From the NCBI GenBank assembly GCA_016234355.1, contig JACRFC010000213.1, positions 1 through 54,056 of the forward strand: a stretch of 54,056 nucleotides of DNA, in the 5' to 3' direction. Every line of letters starts with the position of its first letter. Position 1 is the stretch's first letter. The stretch comes from Ignavibacteriales bacterium (GTDB taxonomy: Bacteria; Bacteroidota; Ignavibacteria; Ignavibacteriales; Melioribacteraceae). The notes under the pieces were generated by a model that did not search any database, was not told the origin of the DNA, and saw only the letters and a program-made list of their open reading frames with translations. A program made the position numbers and the translations under genes. Shown here one piece after another: positions 8,229-18,529 of the stretch.

Positions 8229-8248
8229 TCTTTAACCTTCTGGATATA

Positions 8249-9244
8249 CTAGTTGTTTTCTGGTTTATCTTTTATATACTTGTCAACATCCATACCGAAC
8301 TCAAGTCCGTAATTTTCAACGATCTCGATCAACTCAGCCAAAGATTTTCTTCCGAAATTTCTAAACTTAAGCATCTCGCTCTCATCTCTCTTAACAAGGT
8401 CGGATAAGTTCTTAATGTTTGCAGCTTTTAAGCAATTATGCGAACGGACACTCAGTTCAAGATCATCAACACTTGTTAAAAGAATCTTTTTAATTCTTTC
8501 TGCTTCAGCATCTTTTTCATTTTCAACTTTTTCTTCTTCAGGTTCAGCATCAAAGTTGATGAAAATCTGAATATGATCTTTCAAAATTTTTGCTGAACTG
8601 GAAAGAGCTTCTTCCGGTGTTATTGATCCGTCGGTGTGAATATCAATTGATAATTTTTCAAAATCATTTCTTTCACCGATACGTACATTTTCAACATTAT
8701 AATGAACGTTAATGATCGGTGTAAATATAGAATCAATCGGGATTGTTCCAATAGTCATTTCCGGAATTTTCTGTTCATTGGAAGGAACATATCCTTTTCC
8801 AATTCCGAACTTTAATTCCATATTTAACTTTGCATCAGAGTTCAAGCGCGCAATGTGAAGATCCGGGTTTAATATTTCAATATCCGGACAAGCTTTTTGA
8901 ATGTCTCCCGCTCTAAATTCTTTTGAACCGTTAAAAGAGATTTCACAACCGGTAACTTTCTTATTAACGATTCTCATTCTTACTTTTTTCAAATTAAGAA
9001 TAAGTTCTGTAACGTCTTCAACTACACCGGGAATTGTTGAAAACTCGTGTAAAACACCCTCAATCTTAATAGCAGTTACTGCCGCTCCGGTAAGGGATGA
9101 TAACAACACTCTTCTTAAAGCATTGCCTAATGTAACTCCAAAACCTCTCTCAAGAGGTTGGATCATAAATCTTCCAAAATTTTCTTTACTGGAAGATTCG
9201 TCGAGAACGACACCATCGGGCATCTTTATGAATGGATAACTCAT
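8249..9244 (-). CDS. rpoA: DNA-directed RNA polymerase subunit alpha
   Basis: 331 aa. The alpha-CTD motif is LELSVRSHNCLKAANI. Sits between rpsD and rplQ. Confidence 0.95.
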   Translation of the reverse strand: MSYPFIKMPDGVVLDESSSKENFGRFMIQPLERGFGVTLGNALRRVLLSSLTGAAVTAIKIEGVLHEFSTIPGVVEDVTELILNLKKVRMRIVNKKVTGCEISFNGSKEFRAGDIQKACPDIEILNPDLHIARLNSDAKLNMELKFGIGKGYVPSNEQKIPEMTIGTIPIDSIFTPIINVHYNVENVRIGERNDFEKLSIDIHTDGSITPEEALSSSAKILKDHIQIFINFDAEPEEEKVENEKDAEAERIKKILLTSVDDLELSVRSHNCLKAANIKNLSDLVKRDESEMLKFRNFGRKSLAELIEIVENYGLEFGMDVDKYIKDKPENN

Positions 9245-9270
9245 TTAGTATCCTCTTTATAATTTTATAA

Positions 9271-9897
9271 TTACTTAGAATACAACTCAACAATCAATTG
9301 TTCGTTTGCATTCAATGGAATATCTTCTCTTTCAGGAACATTTAAGAATGTACCCGATAGAGTAGCTTTATCTACGGACAACCAACTGTAAACGTTGTCT
9401 TTTGTTCTTCTTAAAGAATTGTGAATAGCATCAAGCTTTTTACTTTTATCTCTAACAGAAATTACATCGCCGGAAGAAAGTGAGAATGAAGGAATATTAA
9501 CAATTTGCCCATTAACGGTAAAGTGTCTGTGAAGAACTAATTGACGGGCAGATTTTCTTGAAGGTGCAAACCCGAGACGGAAAACTGTATTATCCAATCT
9601 CTTTTCTAAAAGTTTAATTAAGTTACCACCGGTAACACCTTTTTGACGAATTGCATTATCAAAATAATTATGGAACTGAGTTTCCTGCAATCCATAAATT
9701 CTTTTTACCTTCTGTTTTTCTCGAAGCTGAACGCCGTATTCAGAAAATTTTGTTCTTCGTGTTAAGCCGTGCTGCCCCGGTGCATAATTCTTCTGTTCCA
9801 ACGGGCATTTTTCGGATAAGCACTTAGATCCTTTTAAAAATAATTTTGTCTTTTCCCTTCTGCATAATCTGCAACTCGGGCCAGTGTATCTTGCCAT
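9271..9897 (-). CDS. rpsD: 30S ribosomal protein S4
   Basis: [23 protein letters not shown]... Conserved alpha-operon position. Confidence 0.95.
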   Translation of the reverse strand: MARYTGPSCRLCRREKTKLFLKGSKCLSEKCPLEQKNYAPGQHGLTRRTKFSEYGVQLREKQKVKRIYGLQETQFHNYFDNAIRQKGVTGGNLIKLLEKRLDNTVFRLGFAPSRKSARQLVLHRHFTVNGQIVNIPSFSLSSGDVISVRDKSKKLDAIHNSLRRTKDNVYSWLSVDKATLSGTFLNVPEREDIPLNANEQLIVELYSK

Positions 9898-9913
9898 CTA
9901 AAGTTTCTCCTGA

Positions 9914-10300
9914 TTAAACTCTTCTGCGTTTTGGTGGTCTGCAACCGTTATGAGGAATTGGCGTTTGATCTTTGATTGATAGAATATCCAATCCTGCTGT
10001 ATTTAAAGCTCTAATTGCTGCTTCTCTTCCTGAACCGGGACCTTTAACGAGCACGTCAATTTTTCTTAGACCTAAAGCATGCGCTTCTTTACCGGCAGCT
10101 TCTGCAGTAACTTGTGCAGCAAATGGAGTATTTTTTCTTGAACCCTTAAAACCGTTCTTGCCGGCTGAAGACCAAGAAATAGTATTTCCATAAATATCCG
10201 TAATCGTAACAATCACATTGTTGAAAGTGGCTTTAATATGTGCAACGCCAACAGCATCAACATGAACTTTCTTTTTAGTCTTTTTAACAACTTTTGCCAA
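9914..10300 (-). CDS. rpsK: 30S ribosomal protein S11
   Basis: 128 aa, ending ...[18 protein letters not shown] start preceded by GAGGAG. Confidence 0.95.
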   Translation of the reverse strand: MAKVVKKTKKKVHVDAVGVAHIKATFNNVIVTITDIYGNTISWSSAGKNGFKGSRKNTPFAAQVTAEAAGKEAHALGLRKIDVLVKGPGSGREAAIRALNTAGLDILSIKDQTPIPHNGCRPPKRRRV

Positions 10301-10327
10301 TTTAACTCCTCAATAAAAAATAGTTAA

Positions 10328-10711
10328 TTACTTCTTAGCCGGTGTTTTCTTTTTGCCGGCAACTGTTTTACGTTTTCCTTTACGTGTTCTTGAGTTGGTT
10401 CTAGTACGTTGTCCGCGAACAGGTAAACTTCTTCTGTGCCGAAGACCGCGGTATGCACCAATATCCATTAATCGTTTAATATTCTGTTGAACTTCACTTC
10501 TTAATGAACCTTCAACTTTATAATCGGCAGTCATTACAGAACGAATCTTTGCAATTTCTTCTTCTGTTAATTCACTAACTTTTTTATTTGGATTAACATT
10601 CGCCTTTGTAAGAATTTCCATTGCCGATTTATCACCGATACCGAAAATGTAAGTAAGACCGATGAAAGCTTTTTTATTTTTTGGTAAATCAATACCTGCT
10701 AAACGAGCCAA
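10328..10711 (-). CDS. rpsM: 30S ribosomal protein S13
   Basis: [13 protein letters not shown]...[18 protein letters not shown] start preceded by AGGAGG. Confidence 0.95.
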   Translation of the reverse strand: MARLAGIDLPKNKKAFIGLTYIFGIGDKSAMEILTKANVNPNKKVSELTEEEIAKIRSVMTADYKVEGSLRSEVQQNIKRLMDIGAYRGLRHRRSLPVRGQRTRTNSRTRKGKRKTVAGKKKTPAKK

Positions 10712-10729
10712 ATCTATAACCTCCTAAGT

Positions 10730-10843
10730 TTAACCTTGTCTCTGTTTATGTTTAGGGTTTTTACAAATAACTCTAACAACCCCTTTTCTTTTAATTATCT
10801 TACAGTTCTCACAAATCTTGCGAACAGATGAGCGAACTTTCAT
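10730..10843 (-). CDS. rpmJ: 50S ribosomal protein L36
   Basis: Below the track size cut-off. The rc translation is [37 protein letters not shown]. Lies between infA and rpsM. Confidence 0.9.
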   Translation of the reverse strand: MKVRSSVRKICENCKIIKRKGVVRVICKNPKHKQRQG

Positions 10844-10853
10844 TTCTACTCCG

Positions 10854-11072
10854 TTATTTATATCTGTATGTAATTCTGCCTTTGTTCAAATCGTAGGGTG
10901 AAAGTTCAATTGCAACTTTATCACCAACTAAAATTTTTATGAAATGCATTCTCATTTTACCGGAAATATGAGCAAGAATTTCGTGACCGTTATCGAGGCG
11001 GACTTTAAAATGTGCATTTGGTAAAGTTTCAGTAACTATTCCGTCAACTTTTATCGGTCCTTGTTTAGCCAT
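10854..11072 (-). CDS. infA: Translation initiation factor IF-1
   Basis: 72 aa: [41 protein letters not shown]. Confidence 0.95.
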   Translation of the reverse strand: MAKQGPIKVDGIVTETLPNAHFKVRLDNGHEILAHISGKMRMHFIKILVGDKVAIELSPYDLNKGRITYRYK

Positions 11073-11075
11073 TTA

Positions 11076-11837
11076 TCAACACTTTGTTAAGATTTCTGTT
11101 TTACCATCAATAATTGCAATAGTATGTTCAAAATGTGCAGAAGGTTTTCCGTCTGCAGTTAAAACCGTCCATCCGTCTTCAGCAACAATAACTTTATAAG
11201 ATCCCATATTCACCATCGGTTCAAGAGCGAGTGTCATACCATTCTTTATTAAAGGTCCGTTTCCTTTTTTACCGTAGTTCGAAATTTGCGGATCTTCATG
11301 AAGATGTTTACCAACTCCGTGCCCGCATAGATCTCGTACTACTGAGTATCCGTTCTCTTCAACATGTGACTGAACAGTACTTGAAAAATCACCAAGTCTG
11401 TTTCCTTCTTTCAATTGTTCGATACCTAAATACAATGATCTTTCCGTTACATCCATCAATTTTTGTTTTTCATCAGAGATTTTTCCAACAGCTACAGAAA
11501 GAGCTGCATCTCCAAAGTATTTATTCTTTTCAATACCAACATCAATCGAAAGAATTTCACCTTCTTTTAGAACTCTGTTGCCGGGAATCCCGTGAACAAC
11601 CTCATCATCAATTGAAGAACAAATGGAACCGGGGAAATCGAAAGAACCTGCTTGAGAATATCCTTTGAATGCCGGTCTTCCATTATTACTTAATATATAA
11701 TCTTCAGCAATTTTATCCAGTTCAATGGTCGTTATACCAGGTTTAACATAACGCTTCACTAATTGCAGAACTTCAGCAACTATAACACAGCTTTCACGAA
11801 TTAAATCAATTTCTTTTTTACTTTTTATTAGAATCAC
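11076..11837 (-). CDS. map: Methionine aminopeptidase type I
   Basis: 253 aa with VVHGIP, DVG, GHGVG and LEP metal-site contexts. GTG start. Confidence 0.9.
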   Translation of the reverse strand: MILIKSKKEIDLIRESCVIVAEVLQLVKRYVKPGITTIELDKIAEDYILSNNGRPAFKGYSQAGSFDFPGSICSSIDDEVVHGIPGNRVLKEGEILSIDVGIEKNKYFGDAALSVAVGKISDEKQKLMDVTERSLYLGIEQLKEGNRLGDFSSTVQSHVEENGYSVVRDLCGHGVGKHLHEDPQISNYGKKGNGPLIKNGMTLALEPMVNMGSYKVIVAEDGWTVLTADGKPSAHFEHTIAIIDGKTEILTKC

Positions 11838-11850
11838 ATCAAAAACTTAA

Positions 11851-13191
11851 TTAGAATCTTCTTCCTTTTAACTTACCGGATTTCATGAACCCGTCGTAAT
11901 GTCTCATCAATAAATGGGATTCGATCTGCTGTAATGTATCAAGAGCAACACCAACAATAATAAGCAAACTAGTACCGCCAAAGAATGACGCAAAACTACC
12001 GCTGACACCAAATTTTGAAATGAACGCCGGAAGAATTGCTACGATTGCCAAGAAGAATGATCCGGGCAATGTAATCTTTGTTAAAATATTATCTATAAAA
12101 TCTGCAGTCTGTTTTCCTGGTCTTATACCCGGAATAAAACCACCCTGCTTTTTCATATTCTCCGCAACATCCTGCGGGTTGAATGCAATCGCTGTATAAA
12201 AATATGTGAAGAAAATAATCATCAATGCATAGATAACTGAATAAGTTACGGACTGATAATGAAAATAATTTGCTAACGTACCTATAAATTCGCTGTTAGG
12301 GAAAAATGAAAACAAAGTACTTGGAATAAACATAATTGACTGAGCAAAAATAATCGGCATAACTCCGGCTGTATTGACTCTCAATGGAATGTATTGAGTA
12401 ACTCCGCCATAAACTTTTCTTCCAACAACTCTTTTAGCATATTGTACAGGAATTCGTCTTGTCCCTTGTGTAACCAGAACAACACCTGCAATAATCAATA
12501 CCATTAAAGAAACAATAACAACTTCTATAACTAAATTTCGTTGTCCTGCGGAGATTAATCTATATTCATCAAGTAAAGCAAAAGGAAATCTGTTAATAAT
12601 ACCAATGAAGATTATCAATGAGATTCCGTTACCAATTCCTTTTTCAGTGATCTGTTCACCCATCCACATAATGAACATAGTACCGGCAACTAAAATAATT
12701 ATAGTCGAGAAACTCCATAGCACACCGCGAACTGCTTCCGGTACAATTGATCCGCCTGAAGGAACACTCATATTTAATAAGTGAATTGTAACGCCCCATG
12801 CTTGCATAGCAGATATCAATACAGTTCCGTAGCGCGTTAACTGCGTTATTTTTTTTCTTCCTTCTTCGCCTTCTCTCTGTAATTTTTGAAAATATGGAAT
12901 TACAGCACCTGCGATCTGCAAAATGATTGAAGCAGAAATGTAAGGCATAATACCAAGTGCAAGAATTGCAGCATTTGAAAATGCACCGCCTACAAATAAA
13001 TCGTACAGACCGAATAAGTTATCTGAAGTTTTATTTTGAGTTGCGGCATGAAGCAATGAAGTATCTATGCCGGGTAATGTAATGTGAGTTCCAATTCTAA
13101 CAATTACAAGCAGAGCAATTGTATAAAGAATTCTCTGACGTAATTCATGAATCTTAAAAATATTCCGGAATGTTTCTTGAATTTTTGCCAT
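11851..13191 (-). CDS. secY: Preprotein translocase subunit SecY
   Basis: 446 aa polytopic membrane protein between rplO and map. No adk gene is present. Confidence 0.95.
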   Translation of the reverse strand: MAKIQETFRNIFKIHELRQRILYTIALLVIVRIGTHITLPGIDTSLLHAATQNKTSDNLFGLYDLFVGGAFSNAAILALGIMPYISASIILQIAGAVIPYFQKLQREGEEGRKKITQLTRYGTVLISAMQAWGVTIHLLNMSVPSGGSIVPEAVRGVLWSFSTIIILVAGTMFIMWMGEQITEKGIGNGISLIIFIGIINRFPFALLDEYRLISAGQRNLVIEVVIVSLMVLIIAGVVLVTQGTRRIPVQYAKRVVGRKVYGGVTQYIPLRVNTAGVMPIIFAQSIMFIPSTLFSFFPNSEFIGTLANYFHYQSVTYSVIYALMIIFFTYFYTAIAFNPQDVAENMKKQGGFIPGIRPGKQTADFIDNILTKITLPGSFFLAIVAILPAFISKFGVSGSFASFFGGTSLLIIVGVALDTLQQIESHLLMRHYDGFMKSGKLKGRRF

Positions 13192-13655
13192 TAAAATTTA
13201 ATCTCTTTAATAGTTCCGCCGACAGATTCAATTTTTTCTTTTGCAGAGACACTAAAAAAATGAGCTTCGATATTTAACTTTGCTTTTAGTTCTCCAAAAC
13301 CAAGAATCTTAAAAGGAGCTGCGGCTTTAGAAATTACTCCACTCTTATATAAAGAAACTGCGTTGATTACTCCATCCTGAACTTTCTTATCATCAACTAA
13401 TTTTTGTAATCTTGCAAGATTAATAACTTGATTAACAATTTTGAACGGGCTGTGAAATCCTCTTTTAGGAATTCTTCTTTGAAGCGGCATCTGCCCGCCT
13501 TCAAACCAAGCAGGAAATTTTGCACCGGAACGTGACCGCTGACCATTTTCACCACGTGTAGCTGTACCTCCGTGTCCGGAACCTTCGCCTCGTCCTATTC
13601 TTTTAATTTTATTATGAGAACCTTTTGCAGGTTTAAGATTACTTAGAATATCCAT
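13191..13655 (-). CDS. rplO: 50S ribosomal protein L15
   Basis: GRGEGSGHGGTATRGENGQRSRSG motif, at the spc operon position. Confidence 0.95.
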   Translation of the reverse strand: MDILSNLKPAKGSHNKIKRIGRGEGSGHGGTATRGENGQRSRSGAKFPAWFEGGQMPLQRRIPKRGFHSPFKIVNQVINLARLQKLVDDKKVQDGVINAVSLYKSGVISKAAAPFKILGFGELKAKLNIEAHFFSVSAKEKIESVGGTIKEIKF

Positions 13656-13663
13656 TTCTTCCT

Positions 13664-13852
13664 CTATGCTTCAATTTCTTCTACTTTAACAAGATGATGA
13701 ACTTTTTTTACCATGCCTCTAATTTGAGGAGTATCATTGTGAACAACAAAATGATTTGGTCGGTTAAGACCTAACGCTTTAATAGTTAACTTTTGCGGAA
13801 CAGGTCTGTCAATAATACTTCCTACTTGAGTAATTTTTATTTTCTTTGCCAT
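13664..13852 (-). CDS. rpmD: 50S ribosomal protein L30
   Basis: MAKKIKITQVGSIIDRPVPQKLTIKALGL. The track start at 13864 is TTG; the ATG at 13852 is preferred. Confidence 0.9.
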   Translation of the reverse strand: MAKKIKITQVGSIIDRPVPQKLTIKALGLNRPNHFVVHNDTPQIRGMVKKVHHLVKVEEIEA

Positions 13853-13864
13853 TATAATCCTCAA

Positions 13865-14377
13865 TTACAAATTGAATAACTCGGAAACTTTCAATCCGCG
13901 TTTACGAGCCATTGCTCTAGCATCAACAAGATTGAGCAAAGCATTCAAAGTTGCTTTTACTTGATTGTGCGGATTACTTGAACCGAGAGATTTTGTCAAA
14001 ATATCTTGCACGCCTGCAGCTTCAAGAACAGCACGAACACCGCCGCCTGCTATTAATCCTGTACCGGGAGTAGCTGGTTTTAATAGAACTGAACCCGCTC
14101 CAAACTTGCCAATAATAGTATGTGGAATTGTTCCTTTTAATAGATGAACACGGTAAACATTTTTCTTTGCATCATCTACACCTTTCGAAATTGCATCGGT
14201 AACTTCGTTTGCTTTACCAAGACCAACACCAACATGACCGTTTCCGTCTCCAACAACAACAATTGCATTAAAGCTGAATCTTCTACCACCTTTAACAACT
14301 TTTGCAACTCTGTTAATGTGAACAATTTTTTCTTTTAAATTCTCAAGACCGGATACTTTTTTGTACTTGAAATTCAA
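13865..14377 (-). CDS. rpsE: 30S ribosomal protein S5
   Basis: [20 protein letters not shown] start preceded by AAGGGAG. Confidence 0.95.
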   Translation of the reverse strand: MNFKYKKVSGLENLKEKIVHINRVAKVVKGGRRFSFNAIVVVGDGNGHVGVGLGKANEVTDAISKGVDDAKKNVYRVHLLKGTIPHTIIGKFGAGSVLLKPATPGTGLIAGGGVRAVLEAAGVQDILTKSLGSSNPHNQVKATLNALLNLVDARAMARKRGLKVSELFNL

Positions 14378-14435
14378 TTTTAACTCCCTTGTTTACAGAC
14401 TTTGTTAATCAACTTTTTTTTTGAACCGTCTAACC

Positions 14436-14509
14436 TGGCTGCCGGGAGAGGAGTCGAACCTCTACAGACGCCTCCAAAGGGCGTTGTCCTGCCATTAGAC
14501 GACCCGGCA
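14436..14509 (-). tRNA. tRNA-Gln (anticodon UUG), CCA encoded
   Basis: Hand-folded cloverleaf: TGCCGGG TC GTCT AATGGCA GGAC A ACGCC CTTTGGA GGCGT CTGT AGAGG TTCGACT CCTCT CCCGGCA G CCA. Perfect 7-bp acceptor with U1-A72, which is typical of bacterial tRNA-Gln. Confidence 0.9.
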
Positions 14510-14513
14510 GTTT

Positions 14514-14879
14514 TTATAATTTTAATCCGCCTTCGCGAGCTCCTTCGGCTACAGCTTGAATTCTGCCGTGGTACTCGTAACCACTTCTATCAAAAACAAC
14601 AGTGGTAATACCTTTTTCTAATGCTTTCTTTGCTATTAATTTTCCAACCATTTTACTCTTTGAAACTTTTCCTTTTAAGCTTTTTACTTCTTCAACAATT
14701 TCTTTAGAAAGTGAAGAAGCTGCAACTAACGTTACACCTTTTACATCATCAACCAACTGAGCATGCATGTTGTTCAAACTTCTAAACACAGTTAAGCGCG
14801 GACGATCTGCAGTTCCGGAAAGTTTTTTACGAACTCTAACTTTTTTTCTTGCTCTTCTTTTATTGTCTTTCAAAAACAT
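14514..14879 (-). CDS. rplR: 50S ribosomal protein L18
   Basis: 121 aa: RPRLTVFRSLNNMHAQLVDD...FDRSGYEYHGRIQAVAEGAREGGL. Confidence 0.95.
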   Translation of the reverse strand: MFLKDNKRRARKKVRVRKKLSGTADRPRLTVFRSLNNMHAQLVDDVKGVTLVAASSLSKEIVEEVKSLKGKVSKSKMVGKLIAKKALEKGITTVVFDRSGYEYHGRIQAVAEGAREGGLKL

Positions 14880-14895
14880 TTTTCAAATTCTCCTA

Positions 14896-15432
14896 TTACT
14901 TACCTGCAGTTTTGCCGGCTTTGCGGACAATAACTTCTCCGGTATACTTAACGCCTTTACCTTTGTAAGGTTCAGGTTTCTTGAATGATCTTATTTTAGC
15001 TGCTATTAATCCCACTAACTCTTTATCGCTACCGAATATTTTTATTTGTGTAGGAATAGGAATTTCAAATTTAATTCCTGGAGGAGGCATAAGAAGAATC
15101 GGGTGAGAATAACCCAAATTAAATAATGCAGCTTCTCCTTTTGCTTCAACTTTATAACCTACACCAACTATATCAAGGGATTTAGAATATCCTTCGGTAA
15201 CACCTTTAACCATATTTGCAATAAGTGCACGTGTTAAACCGTGAAGCGCTCTATTTTCTTTTTGATCATCCGGTCTTGTAACAATAACTTCATCCTTTTG
15301 AATATCAACTTTGATATTAGGATGAATTTTTATTTGAAGTTCGCCTAGTTTACCTTTTACTTTTAAGATACCGTCGGTCTTTGTTACTGTTACTCCTTTG
15401 ATCGGTACTGGTTTTTTACCTATACGTGACAA
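14896..15432 (-). CDS. rplF: 50S ribosomal protein L6
   Basis: MSRIGKKPVPIKGV... TTG start preceded by AAGGAA. Confidence 0.95.
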   Translation of the reverse strand: MSRIGKKPVPIKGVTVTKTDGILKVKGKLGELQIKIHPNIKVDIQKDEVIVTRPDDQKENRALHGLTRALIANMVKGVTEGYSKSLDIVGVGYKVEAKGEAALFNLGYSHPILLMPPPGIKFEIPIPTQIKIFGSDKELVGLIAAKIRSFKKPEPYKGKGVKYTGEVIVRKAGKTAGK

Positions 15433-15454
15433 TCTCTATTCCTTATTAAAATTT

Positions 15455-15850
15455 TTACCAAACGTGGCAGACTACTTCTCCGCCAACAGCTTCTTTTTTT
15501 GCTTGTTTATCTGTTAATAAACCTTTTGGTGTTGAAAGAACTGCCATTCCAAGTCCGTTTAATACTCGAGGAAGTTCATCTTTACCAACATAACTTTTCA
15601 ATCCCGGTTTAGAAATCTTTTTCATTCCGGTTATTGATGGAGTACCGTTAATATATTGCAGATGTACTCTAAGAATATTCTGTTTTTTATCTTCAACTAC
15701 GTTATAGTCTCTAATAAATTTATTGTTCTTTAAAATCTCTGCTAAACTAATCTTCATTTTTGAAGAAGGGATATCTACAAATTTCTTTTTTGCTTTAACA
15801 GCATTTCTAATTCTTGTCAAAAAATCCGCAATCGGATCGGTAGTATTCAT
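15455..15850 (-). CDS. rpsH: 30S ribosomal protein S8
   Basis: [17 protein letters not shown]...GGEVVCHVW. Confidence 0.95.
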   Translation of the reverse strand: MNTTDPIADFLTRIRNAVKAKKKFVDIPSSKMKISLAEILKNNKFIRDYNVVEDKKQNILRVHLQYINGTPSITGMKKISKPGLKSYVGKDELPRVLNGLGMAVLSTPKGLLTDKQAKKEAVGGEVVCHVW

Positions 15851-15867
15851 TTACATTTCTCCTTCGA

Positions 15868-16137
15868 TTACCAACTTGCTTTTTTTAAGCCGGGAATTTC
15901 ACCTCGCAAAGCCATTTCGCGAAGCACTAAACGAGAGAGACCAAACTTTCTATAATATGCTCTCGGCCTTCCGGTCATTTTACATCTGTTATGTAAACGG
16001 GTGGATGAAGAATTTCTTGGCAGAAGCTGTAATGCTTCATAGTCACCCTTTTCTTTTAATTCTTTTCTTTTCTGCGCATACTTATCGAAAAGTTTTTTCC
16101 TTTTATCTTCACGAGCCAATAAACCTATTCTTGCCAT
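15868..16137 (-). CDS. rpsN: 30S ribosomal protein S14 (long, non-zinc form)
   Basis: 89 aa, ending ...[21 protein letters not shown]. Confidence 0.95.
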   Translation of the reverse strand: MARIGLLAREDKRKKLFDKYAQKRKELKEKGDYEALQLLPRNSSSTRLHNRCKMTGRPRAYYRKFGLSRLVLREMALRGEIPGLKKASW

Positions 16138-16146
16138 GATTTACCT

Positions 16147-16800
16147 TTAATTAATTTCCTTTTTTCTAAATGGTAATCCAAAAGCTGTTAAAAGTTCGAA
16201 CGCTTCTTTATCAGTTTTTGCAGTTGTTACAAACGTTATATCCATCCCTAAGATTTTTGTTACTTTATCAGGATTTATTTCCGGGAAAATAATTTGTTCT
16301 TTAATTCCCATTGTATAATTACCGCGTCCGTCAAATGATTTATCAGGTACACCGCGGAAATCGCGAACTCGAGGTAATGCAAGAGAAACGAAACGATCTA
16401 AAAATTCATACATCATTTCTCTTCGTAAAGTTACCTTTGCACCAATTTTCATTCCTTCACGTAACTTGAAATTGGATATTGATTTTTTAGAAATTCGTAC
16501 AGATGCTTTTTGTCCGGTTATTGTTTCAAGATCTTTAACAGCTTCATCTAAAATTTTAGGATCTTGAACAGCCTGACCAACGCCCATATTAACAACTATC
16601 CTATCCAACCGAGGAACTTCCATAATACTTTTGTAACCGAATTGCTCTCTAAGTTTTGGAACGATCTCTTTAGAATATTTTTCTTTTAACCGAGCAGGAA
16701 TTTTAGGTTCAACAACTTTAGGTTCGGCAGTTTTTTTAACTTCTGTTTCCTTGCCTTTTTTTTCTTTTTGCTCTTTTTTCACTTTTTGTTCTTTTGCCAT
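16147..16800 (-). CDS. rplE: 50S ribosomal protein L5 with Lys/Glu-rich N-terminal extension
   Basis: The L5 core starts near [16 protein letters not shown]. About 35 extra N-terminal residues ([23 protein letters not shown]...). Confidence 0.9.
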   Translation of the reverse strand: MAKEQKVKKEQKEKKGKETEVKKTAEPKVVEPKIPARLKEKYSKEIVPKLREQFGYKSIMEVPRLDRIVVNMGVGQAVQDPKILDEAVKDLETITGQKASVRISKKSISNFKLREGMKIGAKVTLRREMMYEFLDRFVSLALPRVRDFRGVPDKSFDGRGNYTMGIKEQIIFPEINPDKVTKILGMDITFVTTAKTDKEAFELLTAFGLPFRKKEIN

Positions 16801-16824
16801 TGCTATTATGCGTCCTTAAAATTG

Positions 16825-17151
16825 TTAACCAAGCATTTCGCCGCTTAATCTGCTGACTCTTGCACTTTTCTTTTTACCGGTTTTTTCATCAATAATTAGT
16901 TTAGAACCGATTCTTGTTTTCTCATTTGTTTTAGGATCAAGAATCATAATGTTTGAAACATTAACCGGAGCTTCTTTTTCTGTAATTCCACCTTGAGGAT
17001 TTTTCTGAGTTGGTTTTGTATGACGTTTACGTAGATTAACGCCTTCAACAATAACTCTATTAACCTTAGGAAATACTTTTAAAACTTTTCCGGTTTTACC
17101 TCTGTTATTTCCGGCTATTACAATTACATTATCGTTTTTTCTGATCTTCAT
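16825..17151 (-). CDS. rplX: 50S ribosomal protein L24
   Basis: [26 protein letters not shown] (KOW motif). Confidence 0.95.
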   Translation of the reverse strand: MKIRKNDNVIVIAGNNRGKTGKVLKVFPKVNRVIVEGVNLRKRHTKPTQKNPQGGITEKEAPVNVSNIMILDPKTNEKTRIGSKLIIDEKTGKKKSARVSRLSGEMLG

Positions 17152-17160
17152 TTTCTATCC

Positions 17161-17529
17161 TTATAAAACTTCTGGTGCTAGAGAAATTATCTTCATAAAT
17201 TTTTTATCTCTTAGTTCTCTTGCAACCGGGCCAAAGATACGTGTTCCTTTCGGTTCACCTTGAGGATTTAATAATACTGCAGCATTTTCATCAAAGCGTA
17301 TATATGAACCGTCATTTCTTCTAACTTCTTTTTTAGTTCTAACAACAACGGCGCGTGATACTTCTCCTTTTTTAACACCGCCGCCCGGAATAGCGGATCT
17401 AACACTAACAACAATAACATCGCCAACACTAGCATAACGACGGTTACTTCCGCCAAGTACTCTAATGCATCTTACTTTCTTGGCTCCGGAATTATCCGCC
17501 ACTACTAAATTTGTTTCTTCTTGTACCAT
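17161..17529 (-). CDS. rplN: 50S ribosomal protein L14
   Basis: [27 protein letters not shown]. Confidence 0.95.
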   Translation of the reverse strand: MVQEETNLVVADNSGAKKVRCIRVLGGSNRRYASVGDVIVVSVRSAIPGGGVKKGEVSRAVVVRTKKEVRRNDGSYIRFDENAAVLLNPQGEPKGTRIFGPVARELRDKKFMKIISLAPEVL

Positions 17530-17549
17530 GATTTATCTGCTCCTCATCG

Positions 17550-17572
17550 AACCTGCCTGCGGCAGGCAAGCT
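17550..17572. repeat. GC-rich palindromic element, copy A (rpsQ-rplN junction)
   Basis: aacctgcctgcggcaggcaagct. It starts 3 nt after the rpsQ stop. On the minus strand it is followed by the TGAGGAG SD of rplN. Confidence 0.7.
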
Positions 17573-17575
17573 TTT

Positions 17576-17833
17576 TTACTTGGCTTTTTCAACAACTTCA
17601 ACCAAGCGCCATTTTTTTCTTTTACTCAAAGGACGGGTTTCCATAATCTTAACAACATCTCCGATTGTGCATTCATTCTTCTCGTCGTGTGCCATTAATT
17701 TTGTGGTCTTCTTAAAATATTTTTTGTAAAGCGGATGAGCAATGCGTCTCTCAATTGCTACAATAATACTTTTCTGCATCTTATTGCTAACAACAGTACC
17801 GATCCTTGTCTTTCTAATACTTCTTTTCTCCAT
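17576..17833 (-). CDS. rpsQ: 30S ribosomal protein S17
   Basis: 85 aa: [32 protein letters not shown]. Confidence 0.95.
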   Translation of the reverse strand: MEKRSIRKTRIGTVVSNKMQKSIIVAIERRIAHPLYKKYFKKTTKLMAHDEKNECTIGDVVKIMETRPLSKRKKWRLVEVVEKAK

Positions 17834-17850
17834 AGGAACTCGAATACTCC

Positions 17851-18078
17851 TTATTTTTTTGCCTTTGTACGCTTTTGGCGGATTGTTTCCTGCATCTCTC
17901 GTTCTTGTAGAATAGTTTTCATCTTTGCAATATCTTTTCTAACAAGACGCAGTTTTGCTGTGTTAGTTAATTGCTTTAATTCCTGTTGAAATTTCAGATC
18001 CACTAAATTTTTTTGATCTTCAAGAATTCTTTTCTTGATCTCATCAGTAGACATTTCTCTTATTTCAAAAATCTTCAT
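17851..18078 (-). CDS. rpmC: 50S ribosomal protein L29
   Basis: 75 aa. S10-operon position between rplP and rpsQ. Helical and K/E-rich, typical of L29. Confidence 0.9.
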   Translation of the reverse strand: MKIFEIREMSTDEIKKRILEDQKNLVDLKFQQELKQLTNTAKLRLVRKDIAKMKTILQEREMQETIRQKRTKAKK

Positions 18079-18094
18079 TTTCTCTTAAATCCTT

Positions 18095-18514
18095 TTATGA
18101 TTCTAAGTCCGGACGTTGAGTAATTTTTGTTTTGATCGGCAGTTTATGAGATGCCAGAGCTAATGCCTCAACAGCTGTTTTTTTATCAACACCGCCAATC
18201 TCAAACATAATTCTACCGGGTTTAACTACAGCAACCCAAAATTCCGGTGCACCTTTTCCTTTACCCATTCTTGTTTCAAGAGGTTTCTTAGTAACTGGTT
18301 TATCCGGAAAAATTCTAATCCACATTTTTCCATCTCGTTTCATATGTCGTGATAAAGCAACACGGCAAGCTTCAATCTGACGGCTGGTAATCCAAGCCGG
18401 TTCCAATGCTTTCAATCCGTAATCACCAAAGTTAACAAGATTACCGCGTGTAGCTTTTCCGGCTCTTCTACCTCTATGTGCTTTACGAAACTTTACTCTT
18501 TTGGGCATTAACAT
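18095..18514 (-). CDS. rplP: 50S ribosomal protein L16
   Basis: [24 protein letters not shown]. Confidence 0.95.
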   Translation of the reverse strand: MLMPKRVKFRKAHRGRRAGKATRGNLVNFGDYGLKALEPAWITSRQIEACRVALSRHMKRDGKMWIRIFPDKPVTKKPLETRMGKGKGAPEFWVAVVKPGRIMFEIGGVDKKTAVEALALASHKLPIKTKITQRPDLES

Positions 18515-18529
18515 TAGAAAAACTCCTCA

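Noticed and set aside
14402-14608. 68-aa plus-strand ORF in the rpsE-rplR spacer
   Set aside because: It runs antisense through the well-folded tRNA-Gln and into the rplR coding region. It has no SD and no recognisable domain, so it is a shadow ORF.
17268-17456. Same-strand alternative-frame ORFs inside rplN (17268-17456), rplD (21340-21537), tuf (22779-23042), rpoC (27768-27974), rplJ (35659-35865) and nuoG (43037-43219)
   Set aside because: Each is fully nested in a strongly supported conserved gene. Their composition is low-complexity and they have no SD, so they are treated as frame artefacts.
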